Below are positions 19,295 to 29,481 of a stretch of 64,000 bases of DNA, piece by piece. Each line of letters begins with the position of its first letter. The stretch's first letter is position 1. The position numbers and the translations under genes were made by a program. The notes beneath the pieces were generated by a model. It was given only the letters and a program-made list of their open reading frames with translations. It was not told where the DNA came from and did not search any database. This DNA is from an uncultured Gemmatimonadales bacterium (lineage in GTDB: Bacteria > Gemmatimonadota > Gemmatimonadetes > Gemmatimonadales > GWC2-71-9): the NCBI GenBank assembly GCA_963842945.1, contig CAWJIM010000020.1:32001-96000 (forward strand), in the 5' to 3' direction.

Positions 19295-21644
19295 CTAGTG
19301 AACGTACCAGTTCTCGGGGACCAGGCCTTTGGTCGAGGGTGGGGTGGATACCTCGAGCTTCAGCTCGGCACCCCCGCTGGCCTGAAAATAGACCACTTCC
19401 ATGGAATGGCAGCCCGCCCGCAGTGCGATCTGGCCCGGTTGTTCATTGTTGCGTTGCGGCCCGTCGCGGTCGAACACGAGCTCGCCGGCAATGCGGAGCC
19501 TGGCGCCATCGTCAGAGCCCAGATAAAAGGAGTACAGAGCATCTTCGGGCACGCACATCATTCCCGACAAGTGAAGGCCGTAGTCCTCCGGGCGTTCGTC
19601 GCCCCGAAGTCCTACCCCCGGTACTGAACCTATCCGCAAGGGCTCCACCGCTCTGACGTCTTCGGCCGATCGGAAGCTTCCCTCGACGTACTCGTACTGA
19701 AGACCCGGATGCAGCGTGTCTTCCCGGACGGCGAGGCTGTTATGCCAGATGGCACGGGTGATCCGCGCCCGGGCGACCGGACTTGCCCGGCCGCTCGGTA
19801 GAAAGAGTTTTGCACTCACAACTCGAGGGACGAACGAAACGGGCAAGTCTAAGGGACCCGTGTACTGGGAGGAGCTTGCCGTGGGTACAGAGCCATCGGT
19901 TGTGTAACGCACCACCCCGCCAGGAATGGGCGGGCTCATCGTGACCCGGGCTCGGTCCTCCAGCACCAGACGGTTCCATCCGAGTCCGAGCGGCTCCGGC
20001 ACCCGGTATTCGAAGCCCAGGGCATCGAGCCGGGCGAACTGACGCTGGGAGCCGGGCCGCGAAGCTTCCCCAGCTTCGCGCCTCGTTCGGTGACCAGAGA
20101 GCCTCGGACAGAGCGAGCATCCGAGGCAGGAGCATGTATTCCGCCAGCGAGGAGTTGGGGATGTACTCCGTCCAAAGGCAGCCCTCAGCGCCGATGACGT
20201 GAGCGGCCTCCGCTGTGGTCAGTTCGTCGGGCACTACCTGGAACGCGTATACGCTGTCCAGCGGGACGAAGCCCCCGATCGCCAACGGTTCCGCGGCCGG
20301 ATCGCCCTGATAGTAGTCGAAGTAGGTACGGTTGTTCGGGGCCATGATCACGTCGTGTCCCTGCCGGGCAGCGGCGATCCCACCGGCGTCGCCGCGCCAG
20401 GACATCACCGTAGCCTCCGGCGGGATGCCGCCCTCGAGAATCTCGTCCCAGCCGATGATACGGCGGCCGTGCTGGCTCAAGAACTTCTCAATGCGCCCGA
20501 TGAAGTAACTCTGCAGCTCCTCCTCGCCGGCGAGACCTTCCCGCCGGATCACCTCCTGAGCAACCGGGCTTTCCTTCCATTGATCTTTGGGCACCTCATC
20601 TCCCCCGATATGGATATAGGCGCTGGGGAAGAGCTCCATCACCTCCAGGAGCACGTGCTCCAGGAATCGAAAGGTCTGCTCACTGGGACAGAAGATGTCC
20701 TGGTGGACGCCCCAGACGGGGGACACTTCGAAGGGCCCTCCGGTACAGGATAGCTCCGGGTAGGCCGCGAGGGCCGCTCCGGCATGTCCCGGCATCTCGA
20801 TCTCCGGAATGATCGTGACATGGCGGGCCGAGGCGTAGGCGACCAGGTCACGAATCTGCTCCTGGGTGTAGAAACCACCGTGCGGCCTGCCATCTCCGAT
20901 GTAGGGCTCGAAATTGTTCGCTACCATGGTCTCCTTGCGCCAGGCGCCAACCTGGGTGAGCCGGGGATACTGCTTGATCTCCAGACGCCATCCCTGGTCA
21001 TCGGTCAAGTGCAGTTGCAGCGTATTCAGTTTGTAGAGCGCCTGAAGATCGATGAGCTTCTTGATGAACTCGGGTGGGTAAAACCAACGAGCCACATCGA
21101 GCAGAATCCCCCGATAGGGAAACCGCGGCTCATCCTCGATCTCCAGTGCCGGGATGGTCCATCCTGCTGAACTCCTGGGCGCCCCCGCTTCCAGCTCCGG
21201 CGGGAGAAGCTGCCGGAGAGTCTGAAGACCCCATAACAGGCCTGCAGCAGTCCCTGCGGAGAGCGACGCTGACTCCGGGGTGACCACCAACCGGTAGCTC
21301 TCTGGATGGCCCGAGCCCGAGCCAGTGGTAAGGCGGAGGAAAATGGCGTCGGTCGCGCGATCATCTCCCGGCCGGGAAGAAACCGGAAGGGGTAGCCCCG
21401 AGGCCGTCCGCAGTGGAACCAGGAGCAGGTCCGCCAAGGCGCGCAGCTCGGCATCGGCCGGATCGGAGAGCATGATCCGGGTCGCCGGGCTCAGGCGGAA
21501 CTCGCCCGCTCCGGCCTGGATCCGCTGGGGCGCTGGGACGATGGAATAGCTTCGGGGTGCCGGACTTACCGGCGGGGTCGTCTTTCCACCGGCACACCCG
21601 GCTGCTGCAAGGCTCAGCAGGACGTTCCGAAACGTCGTCTTCAA
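19295..21644 (-). CDS. Beta-N-acetylhexosaminidase GH20 lipoprotein with Fn3-associated and PA14 domains, frameshift near 20040
   Basis: EDEPRFPYRG.LLDVAR, HLTDDQGWR, PEIEMPGH, HIGGDE catalytic motif, LWTEYI; RYTTDGS.PT; GSDDGARL. Confidence 0.92.
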
Positions 21645-21645
21645 C

Positions 21646-22635
21646 CTAGTGCTGCATGCAGCCGGCCATCTGGATCTTCTGCATCGTATCCGCGATGGCC
21701 ATCAGGGCCTTCTGGTTGCCGGCCTTCTGCGCCGCCTGGGCCCGCTTTCCCAGCTCCTCCACCTCTGCCTGATGGGTCTGAATATTCTTGGACATGCAAG
21801 CGCCCATGTCGGATGCCGCGGCCGACATCTGGGGACTCGGCTGAGGCGCAGCCGTTGGGGCGGCAGTCGGCTGGGGCGCCGGCTTGGCGGCAACCTTCGG
21901 CTTCTCCTCCGGCCAAAGCAGCGGCCGGAGTTCCGCTTCCTTGACCATCACCGCCGCCTTCTCCGATTCCGATACGTCGCTGGGCGCCCCGGAACGCAGA
22001 ATGGCCATGGTTCGCTCCTGGGCCATGGCGAACTCCCCCGCAGCAAGTCCGGACCGTTTGACCGCCGCGGCGTTGGCCCGAACGTCAATTTCCCGCTGCA
22101 TGTCGTAGTAGTTCTCCGGCTGACTGGGATCCTTGACCAGGCAGCTCGGGCCGCCCTGCAGCAGGTTCACCGAGTCCTGGTACATCTGCATGGTCTTGTT
22201 GTCACCCTTCTGCCCGGCCGCCAGAGACTTCTCGATCAGGGTGTTCGCCTTTTCGATCTGCTTCTCGTCACCCTTCTGAACCCAGGCCTGCCGCCCCGCC
22301 TCGCATTTGGACACCGATTCGGTGTAGGCCTGCTTGGCCCGGTGATAGCGACCGTACGGAGTGTCTTCCTTGGCCGCCGTCACCCGCTCGGCCTCGCCCG
22401 CCTTGAGGCCGGCGATGAGCTTGTTGAGTACATCAGGTGTAAGCACCACGCTGCCGCCCGCGGCCGGGGTCGGATCAGCCGCGGGGGCAGAGGTCTCGTC
22501 GCCGGTGGCCTTTTTGACCTTCTTCTTGAGTCCACCGAACTGGGCCGAGGCAGGCGTGGCGAACGCCAGTGCTGTGACTGCCACGATGGCGACCCAGGCA
22601 AGGCCAGTGAACCGAGACCGCAAACTGCTCCGCAT
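21646..22635 (-). CDS. Secreted hypothetical protein
   Basis: Signal peptide ending ASAQ-FGGLKKK; 329-aa ORF with host codon use. Confidence 0.75.
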   Translation of the reverse strand: MRSSLRSRFTGLAWVAIVAVTALAFATPASAQFGGLKKKVKKATGDETSAPAADPTPAAGGSVVLTPDVLNKLIAGLKAGEAERVTAAKEDTPYGRYHRAKQAYTESVSKCEAGRQAWVQKGDEKQIEKANTLIEKSLAAGQKGDNKTMQMYQDSVNLLQGGPSCLVKDPSQPENYYDMQREIDVRANAAAVKRSGLAAGEFAMAQERTMAILRSGAPSDVSESEKAAVMVKEAELRPLLWPEEKPKVAAKPAPQPTAAPTAAPQPSPQMSAAASDMGACMSKNIQTHQAEVEELGKRAQAAQKAGNQKALMAIADTMQKIQMAGCMQH

Positions 22636-22844
22636 GATGGCTCCTTAGCTGATGACCAGGACTGTCGTTCGGGAGGACCCTCTCTCGAATGACGCAGACC
22701 TGGGTCGTTGGTTCTCACCGGTGATGGATGTGGGCGAATCGGGAGCACAAATGTGGCGGCGGGACCGCCTCGGCGCCAGCGCTCGGTTGATCGGTATCCC
22801 TGGACCGGTCACATTGTTCTGGGCCACTTCACTCCGGGATACCC

Positions 22845-24749
22845 ATGACCATGAAGACCTGCCTGAGTTCTCGGCTGGCGCTCGCCTTCTTCTCCTTCGT
22901 GTGCCCATTGCAGCTGGCGGCCCAGCAACCTCCCGCCCCCTCCGGTCCTCCGCTCTTCAAGCTGGAGGAGGTCATGATCCCGGTCCGGGATGGGATTCAC
23001 CTGCAGACCGCCATCCTCCGGCCGGCAGAGCAGAGTGGTCCGCTTCCAATCCTGTTCACCCGGACTCCCTACGGCGTACCCGATAAGGTGCCGACCGCCC
23101 TCCCGGCCGCCTTCAAGGAGTTGGTGCAGGACGGCTACATCTTCGTGTTCCAGAACCTGCGGGGGCGCTTCAAGTCCGAAGGCGTGTTCAAACTCTCCTC
23201 CTACGTCAACCTTTCCGACTCGACGGCGACCAACGAGACCACCGACGCCTACGACAGCATCGACTGGCTGGTAAGGCACGTGCCGAACAACAACGGCAAG
23301 GTGGGGATGTACGGCGTGTCCTACGACGGACTCACCACGGCGCTGGCCATGCTGAAGCCTCATCCGGCGCTCAAGGCGGTGAGCGAGCAGGCGTCGCCGG
23401 TGGACCAGTGGATGAACGACGACATGCACCGCTACGGCGCGCTCCGGGAAAGCTACGCCTTCGAGTACAGCGTGATGGAGCAGGCCGACAAGAACGAGAA
23501 CACCAACTTCGACTTCGACCTGTACGACTCCTACAGCTGGTACCTCAGGCTGGGTCCCCTCTCGAATGCGAACGCGAAATATCTGAAGAACAAGATTCCC
23601 TACTGGAACGACATCGTCGCCCATCCCGATTACGACGAGTTCTGGAAGCACGAAGCCTGGATCCGCCAGCTCGACTCCACCACGGTGCCCAATCTCAATG
23701 TGGCCGGGTTCTGGGACCAGGAGGACCCGTGGGGACCGTGGCAGATCTTCCGCCATGCGGAGCGGCACGATCCGGAGCACACCAACTTCATGGTAGCGGG
23801 GCCCTGGTTTCACGGTGAGTGGCAGTGGCCCAAGGCCGACAGCATCGGCCTGATTTCGTTCGGAGGACACGATACCGCGCGGGAGTTTCGGGAAGAGATC
23901 GAGGCGCCGTTCTTCCGGTATTATCTGCACGGCAAGGGCGAGAAACCCGGCTGGCAGACGAAAACCTTCCAGTCGGGCTCTAACCAATGGCAGACCTACG
24001 ACGTCTGGCCGCCGAAGAATGCCGAGGCGAGAAAACTCTATCTCCATGCCGACGGCACGCTCTCCTTCGACCCGCCACGCTCCGTGCCCGGATCCGGAGG
24101 GTATCGGCAGTACGTGTCGGATCCGGCCAACCCGGTGCCCTATCGGGAACGACCCATCTCACCGACTTATCCCGGAGGTGACTGGCGCACCTGGGAGGTC
24201 GCCGACCAGCGATTCGTGGACGGCCGGCCCGACGTGCTGACCTATGTCAGCGAGCCGCTGAAGGAGGATCTCACCGTCACTGGAGAGCTGGCCGCCAGTC
24301 TGTATGCCTCGACCTCCGGCACGGACGCAGACTTCATCGTCAAGCTGATCGACGTGTACCCCGAGGAGACGCAGCCGGACACCTGGGACAAGGATGAGGG
24401 GCCCAAACCGGGCCAGTACCAGCAATCAATCAACGGCTACGAGCTACCGATCGCGATGGAGGTGAAGCGAGGACGATACAACCAGAGCTACGAGCATCCC
24501 AAGCCGCTGCCGGCGGGGAAGCCGGTGAAATGGGCGATCCCGCTCCGGGACCATGACCATGTGTTCCTGAAGGGGCACCGGCTGATGGTGCAGGTACAGT
24601 CCACCTGGTTCCCGATCATCGACCGGAACCCGCAGAAGTTCGTGCCCAGCATCTACCAGGCCAAGGCGAGCGACTACGTAAAGGCCACGCAGCGAGTGTA
24701 TTCGTCGCCGGAGTTGCCCTCGCACGTTGTGCTGCCGGTGGTTCGGTAG
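22845..24749 (+). CDS. CocE/NonD family serine hydrolase, secreted (paralog 2)
   Basis: TRTPY, QNLRGRFKSEG, GVSYDG, GFWDQED, GPWFHG, VQSTWFPIIDRNPQ. Confidence 0.92.
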   Translation: MTMKTCLSSRLALAFFSFVCPLQLAAQQPPAPSGPPLFKLEEVMIPVRDGIHLQTAILRPAEQSGPLPILFTRTPYGVPDKVPTALPAAFKELVQDGYIFVFQNLRGRFKSEGVFKLSSYVNLSDSTATNETTDAYDSIDWLVRHVPNNNGKVGMYGVSYDGLTTALAMLKPHPALKAVSEQASPVDQWMNDDMHRYGALRESYAFEYSVMEQADKNENTNFDFDLYDSYSWYLRLGPLSNANAKYLKNKIPYWNDIVAHPDYDEFWKHEAWIRQLDSTTVPNLNVAGFWDQEDPWGPWQIFRHAERHDPEHTNFMVAGPWFHGEWQWPKADSIGLISFGGHDTAREFREEIEAPFFRYYLHGKGEKPGWQTKTFQSGSNQWQTYDVWPPKNAEARKLYLHADGTLSFDPPRSVPGSGGYRQYVSDPANPVPYRERPISPTYPGGDWRTWEVADQRFVDGRPDVLTYVSEPLKEDLTVTGELAASLYASTSGTDADFIVKLIDVYPEETQPDTWDKDEGPKPGQYQQSINGYELPIAMEVKRGRYNQSYEHPKPLPAGKPVKWAIPLRDHDHVFLKGHRLMVQVQSTWFPIIDRNPQKFVPSIYQAKASDYVKATQRVYSSPELPSHVVLPVVR

Positions 24750-24796
24750 GGCGGGAAGGACGGAGACTCGGTCACAGGTATGCGCCGGCTTTGTTC

Positions 24797-25669
24797 CTAC
24801 ACCAGCTCTGCAGGAACCGCCTCTCGCGCTCCAAGCAGCTTCTCCATCTTCTCCCGTGTGCCGGTGCCCGGCGCGGGCACGTACGTAATCAGCCGGAGCG
24901 ACGCCATCCGCTCGTCGAGCACCTCGAGCACTGTAAAATCAAATACCAGCCGTCCGGCCTCAGGGTGGTCGTAGTGCTTCACTCCTTCCTGCGAGGTCTC
25001 GATGTCGTTCTCATTCCACCAGCGCTCGAATTGGTCGACTCCTGGTGCGGAGTACCGTCACCAGCTCATTGAACCAGGGATCATCGATCCGGCTGGCATA
25101 CTGAGCCCGGAGCTTGGCCACGCATTGCCGCCCGTGGTGATCCCAGTTCTCCAGCATCGACCGCATCCGGTCGCCCAGAAAGAGTTGGTACAGGGCGTTG
25201 CGCTCGAGCCCCTGAAGGCCCGCAAGATCGCCGTGGATGACGGAAGCCGCCCGATTCCAGGCCAGGATGTCCCATCGCTCCCCAAAGACCCAGGCCGGGC
25301 CGTATTCCAGCTGATCTATCAGCCGCTGGAGCCGGAGACTCACCGAGACCTCGCGCGGCGCGTCTCCGCCGCCGCTCGCAATCGCGTGGCCTGCCAGGGT
25401 AAGCAGGTGGCGCGTCTCATTGGGTTCCAGCCGGAGAGCGGTACCGATCCGGCGGAGTACGCCTACCGAAGGGTGGACCTCACTGGCCTGCTCCAGCCAA
25501 GTGTACCACTCCGCGCTGACCCCGGCTGCAGTGGCTACCTCTTCCCGGCGCAGTCCCGGCGTGCGCCGCCGCCGTCCTCGGGGAATCCCAGCTCCTCCGG
25601 TTGCCGCCGCATACGGCGGGTTCTGAGGAAGTTGGCGATTTCCCTTCTCCGATCATCACTTAGCATCAT
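24797..25669 (-). CDS. XRE-HTH / MmyB-type transcriptional regulator (frameshifted)
   Basis: RREIANFLRTRR, PGLRREEVA..AGVSAEWYTWLEQ, RWDILAWNRAA, HPEAGRLVF..LRLITYVP. Confidence 0.85.
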
Positions 25670-25769
25670 CGACCTACGTACGTGCCTAATGGATATGTCC
25701 GCGTGGAGAGACCCTTCGCTGACTCAGGATGACTCGGGTGACCAGACTCGACACCCCGGCCGGCTGCCA

Positions 25770-25816
25770 ACCAGGAACAGCCAATACCAGGATAACCGGT
25801 TCCTTATCCCTGGATA
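25770..25816. promoter_or_regulatory. Putative operator in the divergent MmyB/AKR intergenic region
   Basis: ACCAGGA at 25770 and 25786; CCAGGATAA (25787-25795) inverted against TTATCCCTGG (25804-25813). Confidence 0.5.
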
Positions 25817-25912
25817 TACTGCCCGCTACACTGGACCCGTGAAAGGGCAGGGACGGTAACGTTCCTGCAACAACGAAACGCCCAGATTTACCCGGACGTA
25901 CTAGAGGAGACC

Positions 25913-26909
25913 ATGAAAGCACGAAAACTGGGTGCCACCGGAATCGACATCCCCGCCATCGGGCTCGGCTGCATGAGCATGAGTCCGGTGTACGGCCCAA
26001 CCGACGATGCCGGGTCGATCGCCACGATTCATCGTGCTCTCGACCTGGGCATCAACTTCCTCGATACCGCGGACATCTACGGCGCCGGCGGCAACGAGGA
26101 GCTGGTCGGCAAGGCGATCAGGGGCCGGCGCAATGAAGTCATCGTCGCCACGAAATTCGGCAATGTGATCAAGGGTGCCTGGGCCGACGCCGAAGGGCTA
26201 TGCCATAGACGGCACTCCGGCGTACGTGAAGCGCGCGGTCGAGACCAGCCTCCGCCGGCTCGGCATCGAGACGATCGACCTCTATTATCAGCACCGGGTC
26301 GATCCCCAGACGCCGATTGAAGAGACGGTGGGCGCGATGGCCGAACTGGTGAAGGAAGGGAAGGTCCGCTACCTCGGCCTCTCCGAGGCGGCGCCAGAGA
26401 CGATACGCCGGGCCCACGCGGTGCATCCCATCGCGGCACTTCAGACAGAATACTCGCTCTGGACCCGCGATCCGGAGCAGGAGCTCCTGGGGGTGACCGA
26501 GGAGCTGGGGATTACCTTCGTGGCATACAGTCCGTTGGGGCGTGGCTTCCTGACCGGTACCCTCAAGAGCCCGAGCGACCTCGCTCCGGACGATTGGCGG
26601 CGCACCAATCCCCGGTTCCAGGGCGAGAACTTCCAGAAGAACCTGGAGCTGGTCGAGGAGCTCGAGATGCTGGCGAAGGACAAAGGCGCCACTCCCGCGC
26701 AGCTGGCGCTCGCCTGGCTCTTGGCCCGGGGCAGGAACGTGGTGCCGATCCCCGGCAGCCGCCGAATCGAGCGACTGGAGGAGAACGCAGCCGCGACCGA
26801 TATCGAGCTGACTGAGAACGACCTCCACCGCCTGGAGCTGATCGCGCCGGTGGGAGCGGCGGTGGGTACCCGCTACCCTGAGCCGATGATGGCGGCGCTC
26901 AATGGGTGA
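25913..26909 (+). CDS. Aldo/keto reductase, frameshift near 26195
   Basis: [52 protein letters not shown]. Confidence 0.92.
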
Positions 26910-26925
26910 GGCAGGATACTTGGAA

Positions 26926-27357
26926 ATGGAGTACTCGATGAACGATACGACAGAACTGCGCCGGGCAGTGGACCGGATCCTCCTCGGCGATCTCGAGCCC
27001 ATGCTCGGCCTGCTGGCTGACGACGTGGAATTCTGTGTCGAGGTCGAGGGAGATGAACCGTTCTGCCTGGAAGGCTGCGGCAAAAAGCCGGTGGTGGACT
27101 ATTTCACTGCGCTCGGCGGGCTGGTGACGTTCTGGCAGATGGACTACACCGCGCGCGGCGACCAGCTGATCGCCTGGGGCAGGGAAAGCTTCACCATCGA
27201 GAACTGCGCCCTCGAGGGCGCCTGCGAGTTTGCGCTGGTGTTCGACATGGTAGACGGCGCGATCGGCCGGTTTCTGGTGGTGGAGGACCTGCCCTCGTTC
27301 ATCCGCGGCGGCAGGTCCTTGGATGAGCATTCAGAGGCCGCCATGGCTCAGATCTAA
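26926..27357 (+). CDS. SnoaL/NTF2-like protein
   Basis: GDLEPMLGLLADDV.F, GKKPVVDYF, F..VDGAI pattern; start uncertain (26902/26926/26938). Confidence 0.6.
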   Translation: MEYSMNDTTELRRAVDRILLGDLEPMLGLLADDVEFCVEVEGDEPFCLEGCGKKPVVDYFTALGGLVTFWQMDYTARGDQLIAWGRESFTIENCALEGACEFALVFDMVDGAIGRFLVVEDLPSFIRGGRSLDEHSEAAMAQI

Positions 27358-27369
27358 AAGAGAACCGTC

Positions 27370-28248
27370 ATGAGAGTAAAGACACGGCTCGGCGGAACCT
27401 TTACCCTGGCGAAGGACCTGACGGTCGCTCGAATGGGGTACGGCGCAATGCAGCTCGCCGGCCCCGGCGTCTTCGGTCCGCCGAAGGACCGGCGTGCCGC
27501 TGTTGCCGTCCTGCGCGAGGCCGTGGAGCTGGGCATCAATCACATCGATACGAGCGACTACTACGGCCCGCACGTCACCAACCAGATCATCCGGGAAGCG
27601 CTTCACCCCTACCCGGCCGAGCTGCACATCGTGACCAAGGTGGGCGCGAGACGGGATGCCCAGGGTGGCTGGCTGCCCGCGCGAGCTCCCCAGCAGCTGC
27701 GCCAGGCCGTACACGACAATCTGAACAATCTCGGCCTCGACACACTCGACGTCGTCAACCTCCGGGTCGGCGGCGGCCGCGACGGTAGTTCACCGGTGCC
27801 GGGCTCGATCGCCGAACCGTTCACGGTGCTGGCAGGGCTGCAGCAGGAAGGATTGATCAGACATCTGGGGCTCAGCACCGTCTCCGCGGAGCAGGTGGCC
27901 GAAGCCCAGTCGATCGCGCCGGTCGTGTGCGTGCAGAACTACTACAATGTGGCCCACCGGGAGGACGACGCCTTCATCGACTCGCTCGCGGCTCAGGGGA
28001 TTGCCTACGTGCCGTACTTCCCGTTCGGCGGCTTCACCCCACTCCAATCCGACACCCTCGCCGCCGTTGCTACCCGTCTTGGCACGACACCCGCGTCCGT
28101 GGCGCTGGCGTGGCTGCTTCAGCGTTCTCCAAACATTCTGCTGATTCCGGGGACGTCGTCAGTGGTGCATCTGCGCGAGAACGTCGACGCCGCTGGGCTC
28201 ACGCTTTCCGAACACGACCTGAGCGAGCTGAACAGTATTGGCACGTGA
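27370..28248 (+). CDS. Aldo/keto reductase (YdbC-like)
   Basis: RMGYGAMQLAGPGVFGPP, NHIDTSDYYGP, VCVQNYYN, YVPYFP.GG, ILLIPGTSS. Confidence 0.92.
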   Translation: MRVKTRLGGTFTLAKDLTVARMGYGAMQLAGPGVFGPPKDRRAAVAVLREAVELGINHIDTSDYYGPHVTNQIIREALHPYPAELHIVTKVGARRDAQGGWLPARAPQQLRQAVHDNLNNLGLDTLDVVNLRVGGGRDGSSPVPGSIAEPFTVLAGLQQEGLIRHLGLSTVSAEQVAEAQSIAPVVCVQNYYNVAHREDDAFIDSLAAQGIAYVPYFPFGGFTPLQSDTLAAVATRLGTTPASVALAWLLQRSPNILLIPGTSSVVHLRENVDAAGLTLSEHDLSELNSIGT

Positions 28249-28251
28249 GTG

Positions 28252-29481
28252 CTACTTGGCGGCCGCGATCCCCGCGGCCCGGCCGGTCGCCCAGGCCCAG
28301 AGAAAGTTGTACCCGCCGATAGGGCCAAATGCATCCAGTACCTCACCACACAAGAAGAGTCCCGGATGGATCCGACTCTCCATCGTTCGGGGATCGATCT
28401 CGGCGAGACTCACCCCACCACCGGTGACCTCCGCCTTCTTGTAGCCCTCGTCCCCGGTCCAGGGCAACTCACCGCGTACCAGCATGTCAACGAGACGCAG
28501 GCGTTCTTCCCGCCCCAACTGCGCCAGCGGCCTGGCTGGTGGGACTGCAGCCATTCCCGCGAGCGCATCGGCGAGACGGTCGGGCAGCTCGCGCCGGAGG
28601 GCTCCGGCCACGGTGCGGGTACCGTCGGGTTTTAACGCAGCTTCCCATTGGGCCTGGTCGAGCGTGGTCCAGCGAACCGTGAGGCGGGCGCCTCCGTTTC
28701 CTTCCAGCCGCGAGCGGGCGATCACATGGGAGACATCTAACACGGAGGGGCCACTGTAGCCCCGATGCGTAAAGAGGAATCCACCCGTGGCGTTGGACTG
28801 CCTTGCGGTATCGCGCGCGGTGATCGTCACTGGGAGCGAGATGCCGGCGAGCGCAGCGAACGTGGATGGCTCAGCGAGCACGGGTGTGAGCGCCGGATAC
28901 GTCGGGTGGATCGTGTGTCCCAACGCCCCCAGCATCGAGAGCCCGCGGCCGTCGCTCCCAGTGTTCGGCACCGAGAGGCCGCCGGTCGCCACGATGACGG
29001 CGTCGACCCGCAATGGTGAATCGCTCTGGCGCTCCACCTCCCATCCATCTCGTGCCGGAGCGATCCCGATGACGCTGTTGCCGGGGAGGAACCGGGCGCC
29101 GCGACGGGCGGCCAGGACGAGCAGCCCGTCCCGGACATCCCGAGCACGATTGGATGCGGGAAACAGCTTGGCCGATTCTTCCTCTTCGACCAACGCCAGG
29201 CCGAGCTCGCGCTCGAAGAATTCGATCTGCTCCGGTAGCGGCCAGGAGCGGAGCATCTTGCGCAGTGTGTTTGGAGAAGAGTCGGTGACGAACCGCCGCT
29301 CGTCGACCCGGGCAGGAAGAATGTTGCAGCGCCCGCCCCCGCTGATGAGAATCTTGCGTCCGCCATCCCGGGTGCTCTCGAGCAGCAGGGTTTCCGCCCC
29401 GCCAGCTGCGGCAAAGATCGCCGCCATCGTCCCGGCCGCACCCGCCCCGATGACGGCAACGCGGCAGGAGGCTAGGGCCAC
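28252..29481 (-). CDS. BaiN/HI0933 family flavoprotein
   Basis: VIGAGAAG, GRKILISGGGRCN, ATGGLSVP.TGSDG, LFTHRGYSGP, AEVTGGGV, GPIGGYN. Confidence 0.92.
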   Translation of the reverse strand: MALASCRVAVIGAGAAGTMAAIFAAAGGAETLLLESTRDGGRKILISGGGRCNILPARVDERRFVTDSSPNTLRKMLRSWPLPEQIEFFERELGLALVEEEESAKLFPASNRARDVRDGLLVLAARRGARFLPGNSVIGIAPARDGWEVERQSDSPLRVDAVIVATGGLSVPNTGSDGRGLSMLGALGHTIHPTYPALTPVLAEPSTFAALAGISLPVTITARDTARQSNATGGFLFTHRGYSGPSVLDVSHVIARSRLEGNGGARLTVRWTTLDQAQWEAALKPDGTRTVAGALRRELPDRLADALAGMAAVPPARPLAQLGREERLRLVDMLVRGELPWTGDEGYKKAEVTGGGVSLAEIDPRTMESRIHPGLFLCGEVLDAFGPIGGYNFLWAWATGRAAGIAAAK

